From assembly GCA_963662585.1 (NCBI GenBank), contig OY759729.1:2048001-2112000 (forward strand): a DNA stretch of 64,000 nucleotides, read 5' to 3'. The stretch comes from Candidatus Cloacimonadales bacterium. Its GTDB lineage: Bacteria; Cloacimonadota; Cloacimonadia; Cloacimonadales; JAFGVF01. The notes under the pieces are model-generated. The model was not told where the DNA came from. It did no database searches and saw only the letters and a program-made list of their open reading frames with translations. The position numbers were made by a program, and so were the translations under genes. Within the stretch, counting starts at the first letter, position 1, and every line of letters begins with the position of its first letter. This document shows positions 1-10,017 of the stretch, in pieces.

Positions 1-1
1 G

Positions 2-763
2 TAAGTGGGCTCGAGCTGTTCTACGAGCGTTGACTGTAGTGCCTATTGAGGCCAAGTATGCAGTAATTGTAGTACCTATGTTTTCACCTAAAACAATCAT
101 TGAAGCAGTAGGGAAATCAATCCAGCCTTTATAGGCCATGGTAACTGTAATAGCCATAGCTGCACTTGATGATTGGACAGCAATAGTTAAACCTGCCCCT
201 AAGAGAACAAATATTACATAGGAGAGAAATCCTTTACCCGTAAAGTCTTTAACAAATTCAAATATTTCAGGATGAGCGCTCATATCTGGCACAGAATCCT
301 TAAGGAAGGATAGTCCTAGAAATAACAAACCAAAACCAATAAAGACTTCTGCCCACTCCCTTTTTAGTTTGCTTTTAGCAAAGAAGAGAGGTAAGCCAAT
401 ACCTATCATAGGTAAGGCGATAACTTGAATCTTGAATTTAAAACCTACAAAGGCAACAATCCAAGTTGTAACAGTAGTACCAATATTGGCACCCATAATA
501 ACCCCGATAGATTGTAGCAAGGTTAATAATCCGGCATTAACAAAACTCACGACCATAACAGTTGTTGCTGATGATGATTGAATTAATGCTGTGATTAAAA
601 AACCAGTCATCACTGCCATAAATCGATTCTTGGTCATATAATTAAGAATAGATTTCATTTTTTCGCCGGCAACTTTATGAATACCATCACTCATAACTTT
701 CATACCGTACAGAAATACACCAAGGGAACCTAATAAATTAAAAATTAGTAATATAGAGTTCAT
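2..763 (-). CDS. Na+/Pi cotransporter family protein (partial; 3' end runs off the window)
   Basis: Not in the ORF track. Reading the minus strand by hand from ATG at 763 gives MNSILLIFNLLGSLGVFLYGMKVMSDG...GFLITALIQSSSATTVMVVSFVNAG...GANIGTT. The QSSS and GANIGTT motifs are typical of Na/Pi cotransporters. Confidence 0.9.
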   Translation of the reverse strand, partial: MNSILLIFNLLGSLGVFLYGMKVMSDGIHKVAGEKMKSILNYMTKNRFMAVMTGFLITALIQSSSATTVMVVSFVNAGLLTLLQSIGVIMGANIGTTVTTWIVAFVGFKFKIQVIALPMIGIGLPLFFAKSKLKREWAEVFIGFGLLFLGLSFLKDSVPDMSAHPEIFEFVKDFTGKGFLSYVIFVLLGAGLTIAVQSSSAAMAITVTMAYKGWIDFPTASMIVLGENIGTTITAYLASIGTTVNARRTARAHL

Positions 764-791
764 TAGAACAAAATCCTTTATTTAATATTTT

Positions 792-821
792 AAAAAAAAG
801 GCAACCCGTCAAAGGGCTGCC
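792..821 (-). terminator. Intrinsic terminator after hisS
   Basis: On the minus strand, the hairpin GGCAGCCC-tttgac-GGGTTGCC is followed by a run of 8 T. Confidence 0.65.
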
Positions 822-827
822 AAAGGT

Positions 828-2087
828 TTAAGACTTTATAAGTGCAGAAAGTTCTGCAGGCGAAACATCTACCTGTTTTCTATCCTGTAAATTTTTGAGA
901 GTGACAACCCCTCTCTCTAACTCATCTTCACCCATGATAATGGCATATCTAGCTTGAACTTTATCAGCAGCTTTCATTTGAGCTTTTAGAGAAGTTTTCT
1001 CCGGATCATATTCTACGGAGATATCTTCATTTCTTAGTAAACTGATAATTTTAGCAACTTGTGCCTGGGCTTTTTCACCAATAGCAACAATAAATACTTG
1101 AGGAATAACTTCATTTCCTGAGAATAAATTTTCTAATTCCATTGAGAGAAGTAATCTTTCGAAACCGCCAGCAAATCCGATACCTGGCAGAGATTTTCCT
1201 CCTATCTGTTCGACTAATCCGTTATACCTTCCTCCTGCTCCAATAGCATTTTGAGCACCTAATTTGTGGTTGAGGAATTCGAAAGCGGTATGTGTGTAAT
1301 AATCTAAACCTCTAACGATTTTAGGATTAACAGAATAAGGTACTTGGAACTGGTCTAAATACTTCTTTACTTGTTCAAAATGACTAGAACATTCTTCATC
1401 TAAATAATCTAACATTACAGGAGCATCTTTTCCAATTTCCTGACAAGTCTTTACTTTGCAATCAAGTAATCTTCTAGGTTTTTTATCTAATCTAGTTTGG
1501 CAATCATAGCATAAAGACTCTTTGTGAGGCCTAAAATATTCAGTTAAAGCTTGATCATATCTTTCTGCCACTCTTGCATTTCCAACACTGTTTATTTCTA
1601 CTTCAAAATCAGTAAGTCCTAATTTCTTAACAAAGGTATAAAAGAGAGCAATAACTTCAGCATCTACGAAAGGATGATTACTTCCAATAGCTTCTACACC
1701 ATATTGATAGAATTGACGATAGCGTCCTTTTTGTGGTCTATCATATCTGAACATAGGTCCTGTATAGAAAAGTTTCTGAATACCTGTTTGAGCATTTAAA
1801 TTATTTTCTACAAAACTTCTTACAACTGGGGCAGTTCCCTCAGGTCTGAGAGCAAAAACTCTTCCCTTCTTGTCAGTGAATTTATACATCTCTTTAGAAA
1901 CAATATCAGAAGTCTCACCAGAACTTCTTTCAAAGAGATCTGCTTCTTCAAAAATAGGTGTAACTATCTCTTTGAAGTTAAATAACTTGGCTGTATTCTT
2001 AAATACATTTATTATGTATTCCCATTTATAGCTTACATCGGGCAAAATATCATAAGTCCCGCGAGGGAGATTATATTTTGAACTCAC
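828..2087 (-). CDS. hisS: Histidine--tRNA ligase
   Basis: Motifs PRGTYD, LRPEGTAPVVR, FRYDRPQKGRYRQFYQ, IVRGLDYY and GGRYNGL, plus a C-terminal anticodon-binding domain. GTG start. Confidence 0.97.
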   Translation of the reverse strand: MSSKYNLPRGTYDILPDVSYKWEYIINVFKNTAKLFNFKEIVTPIFEEADLFERSSGETSDIVSKEMYKFTDKKGRVFALRPEGTAPVVRSFVENNLNAQTGIQKLFYTGPMFRYDRPQKGRYRQFYQYGVEAIGSNHPFVDAEVIALFYTFVKKLGLTDFEVEINSVGNARVAERYDQALTEYFRPHKESLCYDCQTRLDKKPRRLLDCKVKTCQEIGKDAPVMLDYLDEECSSHFEQVKKYLDQFQVPYSVNPKIVRGLDYYTHTAFEFLNHKLGAQNAIGAGGRYNGLVEQIGGKSLPGIGFAGGFERLLLSMELENLFSGNEVIPQVFIVAIGEKAQAQVAKIISLLRNEDISVEYDPEKTSLKAQMKAADKVQARYAIIMGEDELERGVVTLKNLQDRKQVDVSPAELSALIKS

Positions 2088-2198
2088 TAAAATACCTCTT
2101 TATTTTTTTTGTCATAATTTTGAGTTATGAAAAATCGTCAATTATTATTCTTTGATGGCCAGAATAATAAGTCGTTACGCATTTAGATAGGGGAAATC

Positions 2199-4796
2199 TT
2201 AACTACTATAATTAACAAGAGCGTTTATCAGATCTTGTAATTTTATTGGTTTATAGAGGATCGTATATTTAATTCCCTTAATTTTATTAGTAATGTCTTC
2301 ATCAAGAATGGTTCTAGTCATAATGACAAGGGAAATTTTTTGTTCAATAATTTCTTTCTTATGATTTTGTATGAACTCTTCAAATCCTGAGTTATAGTCA
2401 AAGAAGATGAAGTCATATTGTTTGCCTGGGTTATTGTACTTATGATAGAATTGATAGTTAGGCATTGTTTTAACATCAATATTATACTTGCTGAGTGTTT
2501 GAATAATGAATTTTTGGCTTCCTAAGTCCTCATCTATTATTAGAAGGTGCTTTTGCTTGATATTATCAATATCTGATATGTGAAGCATAGTTTGAGTTTC
2601 ATTGAAAACACTCATATCATAATCTAAGTAAAAAAATACTGTTGTCCCTTCATTCTCAGTAGAAGTTAACCAAATATTACCACCCATTTTTGAAATCAAA
2701 TTTCTACAAATAGCCAATCCAACTCCAATTCCAGAATTATTACTTTTTTTATCGGATCTAGCGCCAAAGTTGAACTTATTAAATGCCTCTCTTTGTTCAT
2801 CCTGGTTCATGCCAACTCCTGTATCTTTTATGTAAAAGATTATTTTACCATCATTAGGGTGAGTATAACCACACTCAATTATTCCACTTTGAGTAAATTT
2901 TATAGCATTTCCCAGAATTTCTTGAAAAACTAAAGCAAAATAGTCTTTATCATTGAAGAGGATATCTTTTCCTTCGGATAAGGAAAAATAATTAATCAAC
3001 TTGATATTTTGATTTCTCTCTTTTATCATAACTTGCATAGAATTTGTGATTTTTCTAATGCATTTATTTAGAGAAAACTCTTGATTATTAAGAATTCTAG
3101 TGTTGTTATTTAAATCGGAGTAGATTAATATTTTCTCTATTTGAGTAAGTAACTTATCTGAATTCAATCTGATAATCTTCTTAAACTTTTCTTTTTGTTG
3201 AAGAGTTAAATCCTGATTATCTAATAAGAGTTGCTCGAATCCTTTTTTTACATTAAGGGGATCTCTAATTTCTCTTACAAAGTTATCAATCAAGTTATTT
3301 GCTTCATGAACTCTATTCTCAGCTTCATCTTTAAGTTTTTTCATAGTTCTTAATTCTTGCTTATTAATTGAACTATCCATAAATTGAAGGTAAGATATTT
3401 CTTGGTCATCATTAAGGTAATTTAAAGATACAAGATAGGTAGGGAAAGTAATTTTGTCTGTATTAAAGTCAATTTCATAAATATTAGTATAGTACTCATA
3501 TTCTTTTTGACCTAAGATGTCATTAATTTTAGCAGGGAAAAAGTCTGTAACTTTGGAGTGATTTTTGATGACAGAATCCCTGAAATCAGATTTTGCAACT
3601 TTATGGTTATAGTCTAAAATCTTTCCTGTTTTGGTGTCAACAATGAAAATGAATTGCTGAGATTTGTTAAATATATTAGAAAAGATATCCTTCTGCTTTT
3701 TTAGTTCTTTGAGGATTTTTTTATTTCTATATAAGGTATAAATATACACAATGAATAAAACAATTATAGAGAAAAGAAGTACTTTTTTCACAATATCAAT
3801 CATGTATTTATTACTAGCATTCATTTCTTCACTAACTATTATCTCTGCATCTTTTTTATACTGTTGAATATCAATTTTATAGCTATCAGCTAAGGCTTTA
3901 TTAAAAAACATTCTATAAAAGTTTAAATCTGAAAAATCTACCTGCTCAACAGGCATACTATTGAGGATAAGCATTATTTTTATAGACAACTGCTTGACCA
4001 TATTATCTACATCAAGATAGAAACCTCCGACCACTTCCGCAGTATCATCTTTCTCATATAGGGTATAAATTGGCAAATCTAGTGCTTTATTTAGGAGCAT
4101 GACTTGTTCTCTAAAATCCTTACTTTTTGATGAAGCATCGTGATATGCAGATAGAAGTAGGATTACACTTTTTTTCTTTGAGTAATATTCAAATTTTTTA
4201 ATATCACTATAATTCAATTTTGTAAAGTCAACATAAATTACTTGGTCTAAAAATATCCCAGTTGAATCAATATATGCCTTAATATCTTGCTTTAAAGTCT
4301 GGCCTCTATTACTAGCATCGGAAACTATTAAAAGGTGTTCTAAATCTTTATGTAGATTGTTGATAATATCAAGCTGAGTGTCGAAAGGAGGTAAGTAAGC
4401 AATTTCTCCAAATATATCTAAACCTAGAATAGTAGTCTTTGGGAAGATCTCTTCCCCATAATCAATACATAAATCCATAGCTTTTTTGTTAAAAGAAATC
4501 ACTAAATCAAATTTATTATTTTCACCATATTTAAGCTTGAGGAACTTAATATAAGTCTCTTCATCTTTATTAAACACACTATTATTATCTCCAATGTATT
4601 CTGCCTCTACTTTAATGTTGTTGGGGCGAAGCACTTTCTCAAAGCTCATGAAGATATTTCGGTTTACCAAAAAATCATGAGAACCTGAAAATAAGATTAA
4701 GACACTTTGATTTTCATTGCCTTGAGAGGCTTGGGCAAAGAGATTATAGCTTAACAATGTTAATATTAAGAAGATTAGATATTTTATTCTATTCAT
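2199..4796 (-). CDS. Membrane-anchored hybrid sensor histidine kinase-like protein with a degenerate H-box
   Basis: Signal peptide, extracytoplasmic domain and one TM helix, then a HATPase domain (NAIKFT, DTGVGM, GIGVGL) and a C-terminal receiver. The H-box reads NFVREIRDPLN, with no His. Confidence 0.85.
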   Translation of the reverse strand: MNRIKYLIFLILTLLSYNLFAQASQGNENQSVLILFSGSHDFLVNRNIFMSFEKVLRPNNIKVEAEYIGDNNSVFNKDEETYIKFLKLKYGENNKFDLVISFNKKAMDLCIDYGEEIFPKTTILGLDIFGEIAYLPPFDTQLDIINNLHKDLEHLLIVSDASNRGQTLKQDIKAYIDSTGIFLDQVIYVDFTKLNYSDIKKFEYYSKKKSVILLLSAYHDASSKSKDFREQVMLLNKALDLPIYTLYEKDDTAEVVGGFYLDVDNMVKQLSIKIMLILNSMPVEQVDFSDLNFYRMFFNKALADSYKIDIQQYKKDAEIIVSEEMNASNKYMIDIVKKVLLFSIIVLFIVYIYTLYRNKKILKELKKQKDIFSNIFNKSQQFIFIVDTKTGKILDYNHKVAKSDFRDSVIKNHSKVTDFFPAKINDILGQKEYEYYTNIYEIDFNTDKITFPTYLVSLNYLNDDQEISYLQFMDSSINKQELRTMKKLKDEAENRVHEANNLIDNFVREIRDPLNVKKGFEQLLLDNQDLTLQQKEKFKKIIRLNSDKLLTQIEKILIYSDLNNNTRILNNQEFSLNKCIRKITNSMQVMIKERNQNIKLINYFSLSEGKDILFNDKDYFALVFQEILGNAIKFTQSGIIECGYTHPNDGKIIFYIKDTGVGMNQDEQREAFNKFNFGARSDKKSNNSGIGVGLAICRNLISKMGGNIWLTSTENEGTTVFFYLDYDMSVFNETQTMLHISDIDNIKQKHLLIIDEDLGSQKFIIQTLSKYNIDVKTMPNYQFYHKYNNPGKQYDFIFFDYNSGFEEFIQNHKKEIIEQKISLVIMTRTILDEDITNKIKGIKYTILYKPIKLQDLINALVNYSS

Positions 4797-4981
4797 TTTT
4801 TCCTCATTTAATAACTAATATTTAGTTTTATTAATAACTTGTAAAGTATTTTTTTATTTTTCTTTCATATAATCCATAAATAGACAAATTCAATAATTAA
4901 CTAAAAGTTTTCGTTGACACATTTATCACTGTTTTAAATAATATAACAATGTAAAATAAAAAAAATAGATAGGAGTACAAC

Positions 4982-5908
4982 ATGTCAGTTAAAGTATTAG
5001 TAGCTACAGATAAACCTTTTGCTCCAGTAGCAGTTAAAGGTATTCAAGAAGTGTGTAAAGAAGCAGGATTTGAGTGTATATTGTTAGAAAAATATGCAGC
5101 TCAAGCTGATTTTGTTAATGCTGTAAAAGATGTTGATGCTGTTATTATCCGTAGTGATAAAGCAACAAAAGAAGTTATTGATAATGGAGATAACTTAAAA
5201 ATTATAGTTCGTGCAGGTGCTGGTTATGATAATATTGATTTAGAAGCAGCCACAGCTAAAGGTGTTGTTGCTATGAACACTCCAGGCCAAAACTCTAATG
5301 CAGTTGCTGAATTAGCTTTCGGAATGATGCTCTACAGTGCAAGAAATTTCTTCACACCAAAAGCAGGTACAGAGTTAAAAGAAAAGACAATCGGTATTCA
5401 TGCTTATGGTAATGTCGGACGCTTTGTTGCTAAAATAGCTAAAGGTTTTGGTATGACTGTTAAAGCTTTTGATCCATTTATCTGCAGTTGCAAAATGGAA
5501 GAAGATGGAGTTATCCCTGTGAGCACAGTTGAAGAATTATATTCAACTTGTGATTATATCTCTCTTCATATTCCTGCTAACGACAAAACTAAAAACTCAA
5601 TCAATGCTTCTCTTTTCAATATTATGAAAGCTGATGCTGTTTTAGTAAATACTGCTCGTAAAGAAGTTATTCATGAAGATGACTTAAAGAAAGCATTTGC
5701 AGAAAAGCCAAAATTCAAATATCTTACTGATATTGCACCTGTATGTGATGCAGAATTAAAAGAGCAATATGCAGATAGATATTTTGCTACATCCAAGAAA
5801 ATGGGTGCTCAAACTAATGAAGCAAACATTAATGCAGGAATGGCTGCAGCTAAACAAATCGTTGCTTTTATCAAAGATGGTAATAGAACATTCCAAGTTA
5901 ATAAATAA
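4982..5908 (+). CDS. serA: D-3-phosphoglycerate dehydrogenase / D-2-hydroxyacid dehydrogenase (short form without ACT domain)
   Basis: Motifs RAGAGYDNID, MNTPGQNSNAVAEL, GIHAYGNVG, SLHIP and VNTAR. RBS aggag upstream. Confidence 0.75.
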   Translation: MSVKVLVATDKPFAPVAVKGIQEVCKEAGFECILLEKYAAQADFVNAVKDVDAVIIRSDKATKEVIDNGDNLKIIVRAGAGYDNIDLEAATAKGVVAMNTPGQNSNAVAELAFGMMLYSARNFFTPKAGTELKEKTIGIHAYGNVGRFVAKIAKGFGMTVKAFDPFICSCKMEEDGVIPVSTVEELYSTCDYISLHIPANDKTKNSINASLFNIMKADAVLVNTARKEVIHEDDLKKAFAEKPKFKYLTDIAPVCDAELKEQYADRYFATSKKMGAQTNEANINAGMAAAKQIVAFIKDGNRTFQVNK

Positions 5909-5925
5909 TCTTAACAAATAATATC

Positions 5926-5966
5926 AAAAGAGGGGATTTCGCAAGAAGTTCCCTCTTTTCTTTTTT
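5926..5966 (+). terminator. Intrinsic terminator after the serA-like gene
   Basis: Stem AAAAGAGGG...CCCTCTTTT followed by a T tract. Confidence 0.75.
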
Positions 5967-6067
5967 CTTATTTAAAAAAATACTCTTAGTGATTTATCAC
6001 TGGACAAGTAAATGATTTCCTTGAATTTTGATTTGGTATGATTTAAAATGATTCATGAGGGATAAGT

Positions 6068-6646
6068 ATGAAAAGAACATTGATATTTTTAATAATGTCG
6101 TTAACACTATTAAATGTCTGGGGGAAGAGTCCGCAAGAGTTTATTGATTCTGCTTTTGCTCAAGAAAAAACTAATATCAACACTGCTTTTAAAATAATGA
6201 AGAGTGCCAGAAATGAGTATCCAAACAATCCTGATATTCTAAGCGTTTATGGCTATATGGCAGGATTAGAAGCCAAAGAGACCTATATGATAAGGGCTGC
6301 AATTCTAGCTTCTAATGCTATCTCAGCTTTTGATGATGCTTTGGAGATAGATCCAGAACACAAAAATGCTAGAATGTGGCGAGGTATCCTTAAAATCAAT
6401 ATGCCCTCTTTTTTGGGAAAAGTTCCTGATGGTATCTTAGATTTAGAAAATATTGAAGATCGAGCTGATTTAACGGAAGAAGATTATATTATGGTTAAGT
6501 TCTTTTTGGGAATGGGCTATGGTAAGGCACAACGCTATGAGGAAGCTATATCTTCTTTTGAAAAGGTTATTGCTTTAGGAAAAAATGATGATTATCATAA
6601 AGAGAGTATTATGAGAATTGAGAGAATTCTAAAAGAAAAAGAATAG
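6068..6646 (+). CDS. Exported tetratricopeptide-repeat protein
   Basis: Signal peptide and TPR-like helices (AFDDALEIDPEH, LGMGYGKAQRYEEAISSFEKVI). Confidence 0.7.
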   Translation: MKRTLIFLIMSLTLLNVWGKSPQEFIDSAFAQEKTNINTAFKIMKSARNEYPNNPDILSVYGYMAGLEAKETYMIRAAILASNAISAFDDALEIDPEHKNARMWRGILKINMPSFLGKVPDGILDLENIEDRADLTEEDYIMVKFFLGMGYGKAQRYEEAISSFEKVIALGKNDDYHKESIMRIERILKEKE

Positions 6647-6953
6647 CTCTTCTTTGGTCTCTCTATACACTCTCTATGCACACTCCCTCCTTCTAGTTAC
6701 TCATTGCACATAAACATCAATAAAGAATTGAGACTAGTGAGAAGGAGCATGGGACGAGCATTAAAAGTTCAGGGCAAGTGAAAAGGAATTAGAAAGAAGC
6801 ATGATAAATCTCTCTTAAATGACTAATATTAACCAGGAAAATATGTAATTTCTTAAAAAAATACTATACATTATTAAAATGAATTACTCTTTTCTTGACA
6901 TGATTTATCAAAAATATAATATGAATAAAAATAACATAAATGGAATAGAATTA

Positions 6954-7601
6954 ATGCAGACTGATAGAAAAGTAGATCATATATTATTTGATTTTGATGG
7001 GACAATAGCCAATACAATGCCTTTAGGGTTTGAATTATATAATGAAATAGCAGACCAGTATAACTTTATTAGTGCTGAGGATTCCGAATTACCTCAACTA
7101 ATGAATATGTCTATAGCTGAGATTCTTAAACTTAAGAATATTCCCCTCTATATGGTACCAATAGCTCTTTATAATGTTAAAAAAAAGATGAAAAAGAGAT
7201 TGTCGGAAGTTAAACCTTTTGATGGGATTAAAGATTTTCTTTATAATTTAAAGAATGCAGGTTATCACCTATCTATTATTTCGTCAAATTCCAAAGAGAA
7301 TATGATTAAGTTCTTTGAAATGAATAATATGGAAGTATTTAATTATATCTATTCCTCTACTTCACTATTCGGTAAAGATAAACTAATCAAACATTATCTT
7401 AAGGCTGTAAAAACTACTTCTGACAAGGTTATTTATGTTGGAGATGAAATCCGTGATATAGATTCTGCAAAAGCTTCGAATATCAAGGTTATAGGAGTTA
7501 CTTGGGGCTATAACGATAAAGAGCTTTTAATCAAACATAATCCTGATTATTTGGTTGAATCAGTCTCTGCTCTTCAAGATATTCTCATCCCTAAGCTATA
7601 A
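6954..7601 (+). CDS. HAD-superfamily hydrolase (phosphoglycolate phosphatase-like)
   Basis: Motif I FDFDGT, motif II SSN, motif IV YVGDEIRD, and GVTWGY. The start is uncertain: the track gives 6879, but TTGACA (6895) and TATAAT (6915) lie inside that extension, so I prefer the in-frame ATG at 6954. Confidence 0.8.
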   Translation: MQTDRKVDHILFDFDGTIANTMPLGFELYNEIADQYNFISAEDSELPQLMNMSIAEILKLKNIPLYMVPIALYNVKKKMKKRLSEVKPFDGIKDFLYNLKNAGYHLSIISSNSKENMIKFFEMNNMEVFNYIYSSTSLFGKDKLIKHYLKAVKTTSDKVIYVGDEIRDIDSAKASNIKVIGVTWGYNDKELLIKHNPDYLVESVSALQDILIPKL

Positions 7602-7639
7602 TATATTACTTAATTACGAATACAAAATAGGATACAATT

Positions 7640-8923
7640 ATGAAGATAGCTGTAATTGGATTTGGAGCTGCTGCAATTGGTTTTCTCTACGAACTTAAAG
7701 GAAGTAAACATCATATTGATGTCTATGAAAAAGCCAAAGATATTCACTCTAGCTCTGTTTCAGGAATAAGAGCAGATGGTAAAATATTCGTTTCTGCTGA
7801 TATGGGTGGCGATTTATCTGTTGGCTTAGAACTTCAGCAAAAAGTTGTAGATTATTATCTCTCAAAGGTCAGCTGTTCTGCAGATAAGATTGAACAGGGA
7901 AGTTCATTTTCTAATTCTAAATATTTCGAGAGCTTTTATGCTCAAGGATTCAATCCTGTTCATGCTGAATTCTGGCATATTGGAACTGATGAATTAAAGA
8001 CAGTTGTTACCAATATCTATGAAGAATTAAACTCTTTTGATAATATAAATTTCCATTTTAATAGTCAGGTAGAATCTGTAGATATATTAGACAATCCTCG
8101 GATTTGCCTCCAAAATGGGGAAGAGCTAGAATATGATAAAATAGTAGTAGGAGTTGGTAGAACAGGGCATAGATTAGTGAAATCTATCATCAAAAATCAT
8201 CCTGAATTCATAATGGAAAACACTAAAGTGGATTTAGGTGTAAGATTTGAAATTCCTAACCATATTGTTGATAGTTTAAATAAAGAAATGTATGAGTTTA
8301 AAGTTCAACTAAGAACTGCTTCAGGTTACTCTGTCCGTACTTTCTGCAACAATCCATCTGGTTTCGTTGTTACTGAAGAGTATGAAGATTTTATGACGGT
8401 TAATGGTCATGCCAAACTTAATGAAAAAAGTTCCAATACAAATTTTGCTATCCTTGTTACTCACTCCTTCACTGAACCATTCAATGATCCAATCGGTTAT
8501 GGTTCTTATATTGCCAAACTATCTAATATCTTAGCTGGTGGCGATAAAGTTATTCTTCAGACTTTTGGGGATTTTGCCAGAACTAAAAGAACAAAACACC
8601 TTGGGAGAGTAATTCCTACCCTTCCACAGGATAAATATATTCTTGGGGACCTTAACTTAGTCTTCCCAGGTAAAACATGCCAAGCGCTTTTAGAATTTAT
8701 CGAAACCTTGGATAAAGTTGTGCCAGGAATAGCCTACAAAGATAACCTTATGTATGGAACTGAATGTAAATTCTATAGTAATAAAGTCTCTAATGAAAAT
8801 AGTTCAAAAATACTATTCATGGGGGATTGCTCAGGCTGGACTCGCTCCATAACTTACGCTACTGCTCATGGGTTTAAGCTGGCGGAGGAAATTCAGAATT
8901 CAGAATTGAAAATTGAGAATTGA
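7640..8923 (+). CDS. NAD(P)/FAD-dependent oxidoreductase
   Basis: Rossmann motif KIAVIGFGAA, plus HIGTD, VDLGVRFE, VRTFCNNPSG, TVNGH, TNFAILV and C-terminal GDCSGWTRSI. Confidence 0.8.
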   Translation: MKIAVIGFGAAAIGFLYELKGSKHHIDVYEKAKDIHSSSVSGIRADGKIFVSADMGGDLSVGLELQQKVVDYYLSKVSCSADKIEQGSSFSNSKYFESFYAQGFNPVHAEFWHIGTDELKTVVTNIYEELNSFDNINFHFNSQVESVDILDNPRICLQNGEELEYDKIVVGVGRTGHRLVKSIIKNHPEFIMENTKVDLGVRFEIPNHIVDSLNKEMYEFKVQLRTASGYSVRTFCNNPSGFVVTEEYEDFMTVNGHAKLNEKSSNTNFAILVTHSFTEPFNDPIGYGSYIAKLSNILAGGDKVILQTFGDFARTKRTKHLGRVIPTLPQDKYILGDLNLVFPGKTCQALLEFIETLDKVVPGIAYKDNLMYGTECKFYSNKVSNENSSKILFMGDCSGWTRSITYATAHGFKLAEEIQNSELKIEN

Positions 8924-9042
8924 AAAGACCTTTCACACGAATTAAACGAATTTTCACGAATGTAGGGGCGTGTTGCCATACGCTTTCTTGAAAAGACCCT
9001 TAACACAGAGTTTCACAGAGGTCAAGAGGAGTTTCACAGAGT
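8890..9042 (+). repeat. Short-repeat tract: 5x heptamer AATT(C/G)A(G/A), 3x ACGAAT, 3x CACAGAG
   Basis: Read directly: aattcag aattcag aattgaa aattgag aattgaa (8890-8924); cacacgaattaaacgaattttcacgaat; aacacagagtttcacagag...gagtttcacagag. Confidence 0.7.
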
Positions 9043-9074
9043 TTTAAGAAAAGCTATAAGAATGTGACCCGACC

Positions 9075-9938
9075 TCTTAAACTCCCCTCTTTAGTGCTGA
9101 AAGTACGAAAAAGAGGGGTGGCTGCGTAGCAGACGGGGTGTTTTTAAATCCCCCTCCGTGAGGGGGACACAGGGGGTGTTTTCTTCTATGGAGTGGAAGC
9201 GTCTCTGCTTCCACATTAGACAATAATAAGATAACATTAGATTTTATAAGGTTTTTCGCATGCAAGGGTGCATGCAATCCGGCAGAAGAGGGATTATCAC
9301 GCTTTTAAACTTCCCTTCTTTAGTGATTAACTGGGGTTACGGACCTTTACTTTAGTCCGTGAATCTTAAATTCCCCTCTTTAGTGCTGAAAGTACGAAAA
9401 AGAGGGGTGGCTGCGAAGCTGACGGGGTGTTTTTAAATCCCCCTCCGTGAGGGGGACACAGGGGGTGTTTTCTTCTATGGAGTGGAAGCGTCTCTGCTTC
9501 CACATTAGACAATAATAAGATAACATTAGATTTTATAAGGTTTTTCGCATGCAAGGGAGCATGCAATCCGGCAGAAGAGGGATTATCACGCTTTTAAACT
9601 TCCCTTCTTTAGTGATTAACTGGGGTTACGGACCTTTAGTCCGTGAATTTTAAATTCCCCTCTTTAGTGCTGAAAGTACGAAAAAGAGGGGTGGTTGCAA
9701 AGCAGACGGGGTGTTTTTAAATCCCCCTCCGTGAGGGGGACACAGGGGGTGTTTTCTTTATGGAGTGGAAGCGTCTCTGCTTCCACATTAGACAATAATA
9801 AGATAACATTAGATTTTTATAAGGTTTTTCGCATGCAAGGGTGCATGCAATCCGGCAGAAGAGGGATTATCCCGCTCTTAAACTCCTTTCTTTATTCCCC
9901 TCTTGGGGAGGGTTGGCAGTGCTAGCTGACGGGGTGGT
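9075..9938 (+). repeat. Tandem array of three composite palindromic units (289 bp, 284 bp, third partial)
   Basis: Near-identical units start at 9077, 9366 and 9650. Each carries CCCCTCTTT...AAAGAGGGG, CCCCCTCCGTGAGGGGG, GTGGAAGCGTCTCTGCTTCCAC and GCATGCAAGGG(T/A)GCATGC; units 1 and 2 also end in an ACGGAC...GTCCGT hairpin. Confidence 0.95.
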
Positions 9939-10017
9939 GATTTTCGCCTGATAAATTAATTGACACTAAACTTACTTCCAATAAATTAAAACTTGATGTA
10001 TTTTCAAAAGAGGTATT

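Noticed and set aside
9077..9925. 66-76 aa ORFs in the tandem array
   Set aside because: They lie wholly within palindromic repeats, occur on both strands and lack a clear RBS or family motif.
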